A stretch of DNA of 45,931 nt from Pseudonocardiaceae bacterium (lineage in GTDB: Bacteria; Actinomycetota; Actinomycetes; Mycobacteriales; Pseudonocardiaceae). This document shows, piece after piece, positions 28,775-37,128 of the stretch. The stretch covers positions 1 through 45,931 of the forward strand of contig JBOHHD010000592.1 of assembly GCA_050700515.1 (NCBI GenBank). The letters run 5' to 3'. The stretch's first letter is position 1, and each line of letters starts with the position of its first letter. Under the pieces are notes generated by a model. It saw only the letters and a program-made list of their open reading frames with translations, was not told the DNA's origin and did no database searches. Both the position numbers and the translations under genes were made by a program.

Positions 28775-29359
28775 CTACTGGTCGGTACCGCCCGCCGAGT
28801 CCGGCGCCGCGCCTGACTCGGCGAGTCGCTCATCCACGGAGGCCTCTCCTCGAGCATAGCGGGAGCCGATCTCGGCGTTGAGGGCGTCCATCACCTGCTG
28901 TACCTGGCGGCGGCGTTGGGACACCGAGGATTCCTCGAGGGTGTAGGCCGCCAGCGCGTCGTCGAGTTGCTCATCGCTCCGCGACGCGACGTCGGAGAGG
29001 GCGACATCGGAGACCAGCAGCTCCCCGTGACGACGGTGTTCCTCGGCTCGCGAGGGCTCCACCGTCTGAAAGCGCCCCGATCCCTTCGCTGGCCCCAGGG
29101 CGTTATCGGCCAGGATGCTGGCCAGCTTGTCCAGCACCGGCGTGGTCCCGCCTTCCCGCCTGCGATGTTGCTCAGCACGTACGATGTCGATGCGTGCGTG
29201 AAGTATCCGGCGAAGGTAGGACAGATCAGTCTCCTCCTGTGCCGCTTCGTCACGCCGGGCGCGCACCTCGGCCAGAAGCAGTCGGGTGAGACCCTCCGCG
29301 TAGTCTGGGGCCAACACTCGGTCGATGCGTCGGCGCCCGCCAGGCCTGACTTCGATCAT
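28775..29359 (-). CDS. RsiG-like coiled-coil protein (candidate c-di-GMP-binding anti-sigma factor)
   Basis: Two copies of the E-x3-S-x2-R-x3-Q-x3-D type motif are present. One is ETDLSYLRRILHARID (29186-29233, with His at the Gln position). The other is ESSVSQRRRQVQQVMD (28886-28933, perfect). ATG 29359 gives 194 aa. Confidence 0.6.
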   Translation of the reverse strand: MIEVRPGGRRRIDRVLAPDYAEGLTRLLLAEVRARRDEAAQEETDLSYLRRILHARIDIVRAEQHRRREGGTTPVLDKLASILADNALGPAKGSGRFQTVEPSRAEEHRRHGELLVSDVALSDVASRSDEQLDDALAAYTLEESSVSQRRRQVQQVMDALNAEIGSRYARGEASVDERLAESGAAPDSAGGTDQ

Positions 29360-29423
29360 TGGGTCATACTGAAGGATCGGTCTCGTCCGAGCCACATCAG
29401 GACACGATCGGGCGTAATTTTGG

Positions 29424-30257
29424 CTACGACGCGCCCAGCAGCGTGCGGCCCTCATCCGAGGAGAGCGGCGGTCGCTGAGCCATTCGGGCGAGCTCGGCCG
29501 CACGGGCAACCAGCTCGGCGTTGCCGGTGACCCGACGGCCGCGGGCGAAGTTCAGCGTGTCCTCCATCCCCACCCGCAGGTGTCCGCCCGCGCTGAGCGC
29601 AGCGAGCGCCACCGGCAAGTGGGTCCGGCCGATCCCGGTCGCCGAGAAGCTGGCACCCGGGGGAAGTGCAGCGACCGCGGCGACCAGGGTGGCGGTGTCA
29701 CCCGGCATGCCACCGGGTACGCCCATCACGAAGTTCACCTGAACATGGCCCCCGGCCGGAGCGCCGTGCTCGTCGAGCAGCCTGCGCAGGCTCGCCAGCT
29801 GACCGATGTCGAAGATCTCGTACTCGGGCACGATCCGGCGTTCCTGCATGCCCTGGTGCAGTGCCACGATGAGCTGCCAGCGGTTGAGGAACACCTCGTC
29901 ACCGAAGTTGACAGTGCCCATCGTGCAACTCGCCGAATCGGGCAGCGTGTCGAGCACCGCCAGGCGGTCGGACTCCGGGTCGGTGACCGCGCCACCGGTG
30001 GACAGCTGCACCACGAGGTGGGTCTCGGCGTGCAGCGCGTCCACCGCCTCGCCCAGCCGGACCGGGTCGAGGGTCGGCAGGCCGAGGTCGTCGCGGACGT
30101 GCACATGCACCATCGCCGCACCGAGCCGCTCGCACTCCCGCGCGGTGTCCACCAGTTCCTCGAGGGTCACGGGCAGCGCGGGGACCTCGCTCTTGGTGTG
30201 TTCCGCCCCGGTCGGCGCCACCGTGATCAGCGTTCCGGTGACGGGTCTGACGATCAT
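29424..30257 (-). CDS. 3-keto-5-aminohexanoate cleavage enzyme family (BKACE/DUF849) protein
   Basis: The sequence MIVRPVTGTLITVAPTGAEHTKSEVPALPVTLEELVDTARECERLGAAMVHVHVRD...GGHLRVGMEDT is typical BKACE. ATG 30257 is the start. The track ORF extension to 30743 is junk. Confidence 0.8.
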   Translation of the reverse strand: MIVRPVTGTLITVAPTGAEHTKSEVPALPVTLEELVDTARECERLGAAMVHVHVRDDLGLPTLDPVRLGEAVDALHAETHLVVQLSTGGAVTDPESDRLAVLDTLPDSASCTMGTVNFGDEVFLNRWQLIVALHQGMQERRIVPEYEIFDIGQLASLRRLLDEHGAPAGGHVQVNFVMGVPGGMPGDTATLVAAVAALPPGASFSATGIGRTHLPVALAALSAGGHLRVGMEDTLNFARGRRVTGNAELVARAAELARMAQRPPLSSDEGRTLLGAS

Positions 30258-30267
30258 GCCTCGCCCG

Positions 30268-31299
30268 TCACGCCCGCAGCCGACGCACGGCGGCCCGCCC
30301 GGGCGGCTCCCCGGTGTCCGGCGGTACCGAGCCCGGGTCGACGGACGCGGCCGCCTGCCCGGCGAGCAGTGGCGTTTCCGGCTCCACTGAGCGCTTGAGC
30401 AGGGCCAGCGCGATCGGGCCGAGTTCATGGTGGACGGCCACCGTGCCGACCCGGCCGACCACCCGGTCACCGGCCCGCACCGGGTCCCCGGTGGCGGGCA
30501 GCGTCTCGGGTGATTCCAGGTGCAGCAGCACCATCCGCCGCGGCGGCCGACCCAGGTTCGCCACCCGTGCCACCGTTTCCTGCCCCCGGTAGCATCCTTT
30601 CTCCAGGTGCACAGCAGGGCCGATCCAGCCGACCTCGTGTGGGATGGTGCGCTCGTCGGTGTCCAGCCCGAGTCGCGGACGCAACGCCGCCACCCGCAGC
30701 GCCTCATACGCCCACGTCCCGGCTGCGCTCGCCCCGGCATCAACCAACCGTTGCCAGATCGAGGTCAGCTCACCGCGCGGCACCAGCAGATCCGTCCGAT
30801 CCGCATGGGCTCGCGCGAAGCCGCCCAGGTCCCCGGTCGCGGCCAGCAACTGCTCGGCGGACGGGCCGAGCAGCGAGAGCACGGCCAGCTCAGTGGTTCC
30901 GTCGCGGGGTGCCACCTTCGACCAGAACACCATCTGCGTGAGGTAGGCCAGTAGCTCCGGTGCTCGATTCGGTTCGGTGTCCAGCCACACCGTCTCGTCC
31001 ACATGGGACACCATGGCGTGGTGCTCTACGCGGCCGTGCAGATCGAGAACCAACGCCTCGGTGTGCGCCCCCGGCCCGAGGGTGAGCAGATGCTGTGAGG
31101 TGATGGTGTGCAGCCAGCTCAGCCGGTCCTCGCCGGGCACGGCGAGCACCCCGCGATGCGAGCGGTCCACCACCACGACGTCCCGCTCGGCGGCTCGCTG
31201 TTCGCGCAACGGGTCGCCGTGGTGCCAGGCGACGCCGACGTCGGGGGAACCCGCTGGAGCTGCCACCGCGCCCGGCAGCGTCACCAGGGGAGAGGTCAC
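30268..31299 (-). CDS. ygfZ: Folate-binding YgfZ-like protein (aminomethyltransferase fold)
   Basis: The motif is HLEKGCYRGQETVARV (KGCYxGQE). The N-terminus (DRSHRGVLAVPGEDRLSWLHTITSQ) is also typical. GTG 31299 overlaps the fur TGA (GTGA). Confidence 0.8.
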   Translation of the reverse strand: MTSPLVTLPGAVAAPAGSPDVGVAWHHGDPLREQRAAERDVVVVDRSHRGVLAVPGEDRLSWLHTITSQHLLTLGPGAHTEALVLDLHGRVEHHAMVSHVDETVWLDTEPNRAPELLAYLTQMVFWSKVAPRDGTTELAVLSLLGPSAEQLLAATGDLGGFARAHADRTDLLVPRGELTSIWQRLVDAGASAAGTWAYEALRVAALRPRLGLDTDERTIPHEVGWIGPAVHLEKGCYRGQETVARVANLGRPPRRMVLLHLESPETLPATGDPVRAGDRVVGRVGTVAVHHELGPIALALLKRSVEPETPLLAGQAAASVDPGSVPPDTGEPPGRAAVRRLRA

Positions 31300-31727
31300 G
31301 AGACGTCCTCGGGCTCCGGGATGGCGCAGTCCTTGCAGCGCCCGGACAGCGCGAGGTGGCTGGGATCCAGCGTGAACCCGAACTCGTTGCGCAGCTGTTC
31401 GGTGAGCTCGGTGAGCTCGGCCATGGCCATCTCCTCCACGTTGCCGCAGTCGTGACACACCAGGTGCACGTGCTCATGGGGCCGGGTGGAGTAGCTCGGC
31501 GCGCCGTGCCCCAGATGGGTATGGCGGACGAGATCGAGACCCTCGAGAAGGTCCAGGGTGCGATAGATCGTGGTGATGTTGACGGCGGGAGCGTGGCGCT
31601 GTACGTGCGCGCAGATCCGCTCAGGGGTCGCGTGCACGAGCTCGCTCACCGCATCGAGCACGAGTTGGCGTTGGGGAGTCATCCGCATCCCCCGGTCGTG
31701 CAACGTTCGGCGCAGGGTGGTGTCCAC
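31296..31727 (-). CDS. Fur-family metalloregulator
   Basis: The family features are RMTPQRQLVLDAV, HEHVHLVCHDCGNVEE, and a C-terminal CKDC. The start is probably GTG 31727 (VDTTLRRTLHDRGMRMTPQR). The metal specificity (Fur, Zur or Per) cannot be determined from the sequence alone. Confidence 0.85.
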   Translation of the reverse strand: MDTTLRRTLHDRGMRMTPQRQLVLDAVSELVHATPERICAHVQRHAPAVNITTIYRTLDLLEGLDLVRHTHLGHGAPSYSTRPHEHVHLVCHDCGNVEEMAMAELTELTEQLRNEFGFTLDPSHLALSGRCKDCAIPEPEDVS

Positions 31728-31763
31728 ATTCCTATGGTAGGCCCGGGCGTAGGGTCGGGTGCT

Positions 31764-32636
31764 GTGCACGATCGAGTGGTGGCCCTGCTGGGCGAGGGGT
31801 TGGTCGATCCGGACGCTCCGCTACTGCGCGCCGACGACCTCGGTGTGCTGCGCGGCGACGGGGTGTTCGAGACCATCCTGGTGGTCGACGGGGTGGCGCT
31901 GGAGCTTGATGCGCACCTGGCGCGGCTGGCCCGCTCGGCTGCTTTGCTGGATCTGCCGAGCCCCGATCTGCCCAGCTGGCGGTCCTGTGCACAGATCGTG
32001 ATCGACGCCTGGAACGGCGGTCCCGAGATGGTGCTGAAGTTGATCCTCACCAGGGGGGTCGAGGGAAGCGGCCTGCTGACCGGGTATGCCATGGGCGCCC
32101 AGGTCAGCTCCACCGTGCTCGCGCAGCGCCGCGACGGGATCGCCGTCGTGACCCTGACCCGGGGTACCGCGTCCGGCCTCGCCGCACAGGCCCCTTGGCT
32201 ACTGCTCGGCGCGAAGACCCTGTCCTATGCGATGAACATGGCCGCGGTGCGCCACGCCGAGCGGCTCGGTGCCCAGGATGTCGTGTTCACCGCCGCTCCC
32301 GGGGCTGAACCGGCCGCGGGCTCGGTGCTGGAGGGACCGACGTCCACGGTCGTCATCGCGCGGGACAACTGCCTGTACACCCCGCCTGCCGAGCTGGGAA
32401 TCCTGCCCGGCACCACCCAGGCCGCGCTGTTCCGGGCCGCCGCGAGCGCCGGATGGAGCACCCGGATCCAGCCACTGCAGGTGTCGGATCTCCTGGCCGC
32501 CGACGGGGTGTGGCTGTGCTCAAGCGTCCGGCTGGTCACCCGGGTACACACCCTGGACGGTCACCCGCTGCCCGATTCGGGACTCACCGGCAGGCTGTGG
32601 GATCTGTTGCCGTTGCCCGCGGTCACCGGGCGCTGA
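31764..32636 (+). CDS. pabC: Class IV aminotransferase fold protein, aminodeoxychorismate lyase (PabC)-like
   Basis: LLRADDLGVLRGDGVFETILVVDG... and ...GILPGTTQAALF are class IV (PabC/IlvE) features. The synteny with purM-DUF3073-ygfZ matches mycobacterial pabC as I recall it. The start is GTG 31764, 31776 or 31779. The track start at 31356 is antisense to fur. Confidence 0.75.
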   Translation: MHDRVVALLGEGLVDPDAPLLRADDLGVLRGDGVFETILVVDGVALELDAHLARLARSAALLDLPSPDLPSWRSCAQIVIDAWNGGPEMVLKLILTRGVEGSGLLTGYAMGAQVSSTVLAQRRDGIAVVTLTRGTASGLAAQAPWLLLGAKTLSYAMNMAAVRHAERLGAQDVVFTAAPGAEPAAGSVLEGPTSTVVIARDNCLYTPPAELGILPGTTQAALFRAAASAGWSTRIQPLQVSDLLAADGVWLCSSVRLVTRVHTLDGHPLPDSGLTGRLWDLLPLPAVTGR

Positions 32637-32908
32637 ACCCCTTGGATAAACGGCGTTGCAGCGCTGGTCGCATTGGGGCTAGCGTGGCGCCACACGTGGA
32701 AGGAGGTGGTCCAAGGTTGAATAGCTATCGGACTCGTGAGGTGGCTGCCAGCTAACGCCGCCGACGGCCGTGGAAGCGCCACCTCCACCTTCAGAGGCGG
32801 CTGGTGAATCCAAGGCAGTCACCCGGCCCCCGGGTTTTCCCGAGCCTTGTCCCGCTCGGGCCCGCCACTTTCCGCGGCGGGAGCCCGGGGGCTGACTGTT
32901 ATCCGGGA

Positions 32909-33583
32909 TCAGCCGACCACCCGGTGCAGCAGGGCGGAAGCATGCGGCTGGAGCGGCTGGCCGACCATGGCGCGCTCCTCGACGTAGGCCAGGTCGCCAT
33001 CGACGATGCCGTAGAGCCGGTGAGCTGCGGTGACCTCCTTGGCCGAGGCGGTACGCACCACCGCGTCGGTGGCCAGTTCCCAGGAGGTCTGATTGCGCGG
33101 TCGGCCGTAGTAGATCTCCGCGATCCCGGTGCCGTGCACGGCGAGCAGTTCGATGGTGTCGTCCGGCTGCGGCCGCCAGAACCCGGACTCCCGAGCCGCA
33201 GGGCGGATCACCACTCCGTCGGAATCCAGCAGCCACGCCCGCGCCTCGTAGCGCAGGAACGGGCGTCCGTCGTGACAGAACACCACCTGCTGCCCGAAGT
33301 GGTACGGCCCCTCGATGGTCGGATAGACGATCTCTCCCTCCCCGCGCCATACCCCTACCAGCGGCAACAGTGGCAGACAAGCCGGGTGCAGGTCGGGTCC
33401 CTCCCGCAGGTTCGCGGTGTCGGGGGGGATCGGCAGATCGGTGAAGTCGCCGATGTTGCGGGCCCCGGTGTGCGCCGCACGCTCGGCCGCGGACCGCAGT
33501 GCCTCGTCGCCGCTTGATCCACTGAACCCGCTGGACTCCGGAGACCTGCAGGACTCGCGGGACCCGCTGAATTCGGTATTCAC
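32909..33583 (-). CDS. Nitrobindin / FABP-family (DUF1794) heme-binding protein
   Basis: LLPLVGVWRGEGEIVYPTIEGPYHFGQQVVFCHDGRPFLRYEARAWLLD... is the nitrobindin beta-barrel pattern. Confidence 0.8.
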   Translation of the reverse strand: MNTEFSGSRESCRSPESSGFSGSSGDEALRSAAERAAHTGARNIGDFTDLPIPPDTANLREGPDLHPACLPLLPLVGVWRGEGEIVYPTIEGPYHFGQQVVFCHDGRPFLRYEARAWLLDSDGVVIRPAARESGFWRPQPDDTIELLAVHGTGIAEIYYGRPRNQTSWELATDAVVRTASAKEVTAAHRLYGIVDGDLAYVEERAMVGQPLQPHASALLHRVVG

Positions 33584-33658
33584 GACCCCGGATCATAGGG
33601 TGAGCAGCGGCCGACGGTCCTCGCTGTGTCCGGAGGTGCTGCGTCGAGCGGCGCGTCC

Positions 33659-34936
33659 CTAGCCGGCGAAGACCAGCCCGACCGCACCCATGGTGAGGGC
33701 GACCATCGCCGCGAGCAGGGGGTATTGGGTGCGGACCGCAGCCGTGCTGGGCAGCAGCCGGACCGCCCGATCATGCGCGGTGACCGCCGCCACCAGATGC
33801 CCGAGCACGATCGCGGTGATCTGGATCGACGCGATCGTCGATGTACTGATCACCGTGTAATCGATCGCGTTCCCGGCCAGACCGAGCAGGTCATCACCGC
33901 GGGCGAACGGGTCGCTGGCCAGGATGAGTGTCTGCTGACCGTCGAAGATCAGTAGCGAGAAGTAGTGGGCGATGGCGTAGCCGGCAGTGATCGGCACCAG
34001 GGTGTGCGCGAATTCCCCCGGCCGACCCAGGCTCGAGGTGCCGAGGACGAACACCAGCGCGATCAGCAGCGTCGCGCAGATCAGTCCCAGCGTGGCGTTG
34101 AGGACACCCTCGGGCACAGTGCTCTGCCACCACGAGGTGCGGGACAGGCCGTCGTAGGCCGTCGTGCCGATCAGCACCACCACCGCGCCCCCCAGCCCGG
34201 GCCCGGACGCCACGGTCTCCATCCCGTCCAAGGGGTTGCGCAATACCAGAACCCGGTCGGTGGTCCGCCTGCCCAGCGGGGCCATCGACCCGAGCAGTGT
34301 CGAGTACACCTCGAAGCCATCGCCCCGGGTGAACCAGCACCGTCCGAACACCACCGCCGCCGTGGTGTGCACGATCGCGTAGATCGTGATGAACCAGGCG
34401 ACCGAGACGGGCTCGGTCCGGCTCGGGTACACCAGTTCGAACCAGCTGAAAACGGCCAGCGACGCCGCCGCGGGCCAGTACCCCACCCACTGCGGCAACG
34501 GCGCCACGCCACGCTGACGATCGATGCGCAGCAGGGTGGCGAGCGCGGCGTGCAGCAGGCGCAAGGGATTGAGTACCCGCCAGACCGGGCCGAGGAGCAG
34601 GGACGCGGGCACCAGCCCCACCCAGAAGGTGATGAAGAAGGCCCAGGGTGCGAGATTGCTGCCGAGCTCGGCCGGGCCGGCGAAGCCGACCAGGCAAACG
34701 CCCCCCACCGCGCCCAGCGTCAGCCCGGTGAGCAGAATCCGCGTCGCGGTGGCGTCCAGCAGGCCGGTCAGCCGGCGGGGCAGAGCGATGCCCGCGTCGC
34801 GCCGCAGGCGAGGACCGCGCCACAGCACGGCCAGCACCACGAACGAGATCATCAGCGCCATCCCGGCCCCGAGCGCGGCCAGCCATATCGGCAATGGCAG
34901 GTCACTGCGGGTACCGACGCCGTGGGCGAGGATCAT
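33659..34936 (-). CDS. Conserved polytopic integral membrane protein
   Basis: It is 425 aa with about 10 hydrophobic segments. ATG 34936 overlaps the TGA of the upstream lipoprotein gene by 1 nt (TGATGA). The track ORF extension to 35563 overlaps the lipoprotein gene. Confidence 0.7.
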   Translation of the reverse strand: MILAHGVGTRSDLPLPIWLAALGAGMALMISFVVLAVLWRGPRLRRDAGIALPRRLTGLLDATATRILLTGLTLGAVGGVCLVGFAGPAELGSNLAPWAFFITFWVGLVPASLLLGPVWRVLNPLRLLHAALATLLRIDRQRGVAPLPQWVGYWPAAASLAVFSWFELVYPSRTEPVSVAWFITIYAIVHTTAAVVFGRCWFTRGDGFEVYSTLLGSMAPLGRRTTDRVLVLRNPLDGMETVASGPGLGGAVVVLIGTTAYDGLSRTSWWQSTVPEGVLNATLGLICATLLIALVFVLGTSSLGRPGEFAHTLVPITAGYAIAHYFSLLIFDGQQTLILASDPFARGDDLLGLAGNAIDYTVISTSTIASIQITAIVLGHLVAAVTAHDRAVRLLPSTAAVRTQYPLLAAMVALTMGAVGLVFAG

Positions 34937-35391
34937 CAGCTCACTTGCAACTCGAGCAGTTGTAGGTGCGCCCCCTCCAGCTCGACCTCGAAAACGCCGG
35001 GGATGGTGGCGGTGAAGTCGACCGAGCCGGTCCCGCCGGCCGGAACGTCGGCCGTGCGATCGTAGCCGTGTACGTGGATCTCGTCGGCCACATCGCTGGT
35101 GACGGCAACGGTGACCGGGGTACCGAGGGGCACCTCCACCCGGCCGGTGTCTCCACTGACCTGCCCGCCGCGCACGGTGATGGTGATGGTCCGGGCGGTC
35201 GGACCGGCCGGAGTCGTTGGCGGTTCGGCTGTGCTGTGCCCGCCGCTGTGCTCCGCCGGGGTGGTAGCAGGAACCGGTCCGTCGACTGTGGGTGCTGCGG
35301 GCTCCGGGGATTGCTGCCCGCACCCGACGAGCACACCGGCCACCGCCAGCGCACCTAACAGGATCGCGACGTGATTCACCGTCCGGATCAC
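34936..35391 (-). CDS. Lipoprotein with EfeO-like cupredoxin domain
   Basis: The signal peptide with lipobox is AILLGALAVAGVLVGCG. The C-terminus (ITITVRGGQVSGDTGRVEVPLGTPVTVAVTSDVADEIHVHGYD...ATIPGVFEVELE) is cupredoxin-like. GTG 35391 follows GGAAGAG. Confidence 0.65.
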   Translation of the reverse strand: MIRTVNHVAILLGALAVAGVLVGCGQQSPEPAAPTVDGPVPATTPAEHSGGHSTAEPPTTPAGPTARTITITVRGGQVSGDTGRVEVPLGTPVTVAVTSDVADEIHVHGYDRTADVPAGGTGSVDFTATIPGVFEVELEGAHLQLLELQVS

Positions 35392-35595
35392 CTCTTCCGT
35401 GCTCTGCTGTCTCCCTGTGCCAGCGGGTGAGCCTGCCAGGTGGCGCCGACGGGGGATCACGGTGGTACTCGTTTCCCACTCGTTGCCGCACCGCCCGCAA
35501 GGCCGGGGCCCCCGATCCGCTCCACCACGTTAGGTAACGTACTGACTCGATCCGGTGATTCAATGATGAAGAATCACCACCGCGAGGAGGGGTGC

Positions 35596-35994
35596 ATGCT
35601 AGGCGAGGGATCCGCGTCGGTTGACCGGTTGGGTATAGAGCTGTTCGTGGGCGGTGAGGTGGTCGAAGAGGAGTACGCGCCCGCCAATGGCCGGCACCGG
35701 GTTCCAGGGCGTGATCGGCGAGTGACCCGGGTGACCCAGTTCGGCCAGGACATGCTGACCTCCTCCGCGCGGCTGGTGGGGCGGCAGGTGGGCACAGTGA
35801 TCCGGGAGACCCTCACCGGCATGGACCGGGCCGCGCTGGGAGAGGCGACGACCGCGGGGTTGCGCGTCTCGTCGGTGGAATTGTCGTTCGGGGTGAAGCT
35901 GACCGGCGGAGCCGGTAAGGCCCTGGAGGCGGTCGTGACCGCAGGTGGGGAAGCATCGATCCAGGTGATCGTCACTCTTGATCGCCCGGGGTGA
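35596..35994 (+). CDS. Small CU044_2847 / trypsin-co-occurring (Trypco)-like family protein
   Basis: The C-terminus (LRVSSVELSFGVKLTGGAGKALEAVVTAGGEASIQVIVTLDRP) matches the family's EFGVKLT..aG......geA...V.l.W pattern as I recall it. ATG 35596 is preceded by GAGGAGGGG. Confidence 0.5.
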   Translation: MLGEGSASVDRLGIELFVGGEVVEEEYAPANGRHRVPGRDRRVTRVTQFGQDMLTSSARLVGRQVGTVIRETLTGMDRAALGEATTAGLRVSSVELSFGVKLTGGAGKALEAVVTAGGEASIQVIVTLDRPG

Positions 35995-36511
35995 TGCGGG
36001 TCGATGCAGGCGGGGTCGGCCCGGTGCGCCACCTGGTCCTGGCCGGTAGGTCACCGGGATCGCACGGGGCCATACCCAACCTGGCCAGGACACGTTGCGA
36101 TGCGACGTTGCCAGCGTCGGTGAATGCGACGACAGGGTCGGCGGACCGCAGATGGTCGAGCACGGCCCGGGCCGCCTCGGTCGCCAAACCCAGTCCCCAC
36201 TTCGCAGGATCGAGGCTGAAGAGCAGTTCCACCTCCCCGGCAGCGGTCTCACGTAGCCCGCAGGTTCCGATGACAGGCCCCTCCACGGTGTGCCGGACCG
36301 TCCAGATGCCATAGCCGGCTCGGGCGAAATCCCGCTCGCTTGTCGCGACCACCCTCTGGATGGTGCCCGTTTCCACGGGAGCGTCATCCCAGAGAAAGCG
36401 CCGCACCGCCCGAGTGTTCCAGTGCCGATACAGAGCGGGAAGATCCTCGGCAACGGCGGGAACGAGGACCAGGCGCGAGGTGCGCAGAACCGGCGCCGGC
36501 ACAGTCGTCAC
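35972..36511 (-). CDS. GNAT-family N-acetyltransferase (RimJ/RimL-like)
   Basis: LRTSRLVLVPAVAEDLPALYRHWN...IGTCGL...LDPAKWGLGLATEAARAVLD...NVASQRVLARLGM is typical GNAT. Confidence 0.85.
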   Translation of the reverse strand: MTTVPAPVLRTSRLVLVPAVAEDLPALYRHWNTRAVRRFLWDDAPVETGTIQRVVATSERDFARAGYGIWTVRHTVEGPVIGTCGLRETAAGEVELLFSLDPAKWGLGLATEAARAVLDHLRSADPVVAFTDAGNVASQRVLARLGMAPCDPGDLPARTRWRTGPTPPASTRITPGDQE

Positions 36512-37128
36512 CCACTCTGCAGGACATTGTCATTCAGGCCATCATCGTACCTCATGACGGACCGTGGTTCTCCGGTAGCGGAACCTTCCAGGAGGTTTCA
36601 AACAGTACCGGAGTCGGCAGCTCGCAGTGTGCTGTAGGGATTGGTCAGCTATCCGGAAAAATTAAGGTGACCCAATTCACTCGCATCAGTTTCGTGATCG
36701 TCCACGATCGGTGAACCGTCCAACATTCCTCCGTTCAGGGAGATGATGCTGATCGGCGCGGCTCGGGCTAAGTCGACCTCGACATCCGAGTGACTCGATC
36801 GTTGCACTGCCCGAGATATCGATCTGAAACTTGGCAGATCACCGGAACGGGACGGGTCACGCTGCCTCGCTGTTGGCGGAACCTCACTGTTCGCGGAACG
36901 CTGTAGTACCTGAACGATCGAGCGGCACCGGCGGCACGGTCGTAGGCCAAGCCTACGTCATAAGTCGTACGACCGATCCTGCGCTGTGGCGCTGGTCGCA
37001 CATTGAAAATCCTCTCCTGGACTGACGACTGCTTTCGGAAGCCAGGACAACATCTACTTTCGTCGCTGGTTGCTCGGCTCCCCCAAGGTAAGAAGAGAGA
37101 GAAATCATGAAATCGGCTGGGCGTGCAG

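Noticed and set aside
36622-36640. A shared 9-mer (cgcagtgtg) near both island borders (about 36625 and about 43918), considered as possible att-like direct repeats.
   Set aside because: A single 9-bp match between a 600-bp and a 120-bp region is within chance expectation. No integrase or tRNA target is present.
36690-36770. Small minus-strand ORFs in the cassette leader (for example ...LNGGMLDGSPIVDDHETDASELGHLNFSG*), considered as a possible precursor peptide or regulator.
   Set aside because: There is no acceptable SD spacing (GGAGGA abuts the ATG), no Cys/Ser/Thr-rich core, and no recognisable family. No supporting evidence is available from the sequence alone.
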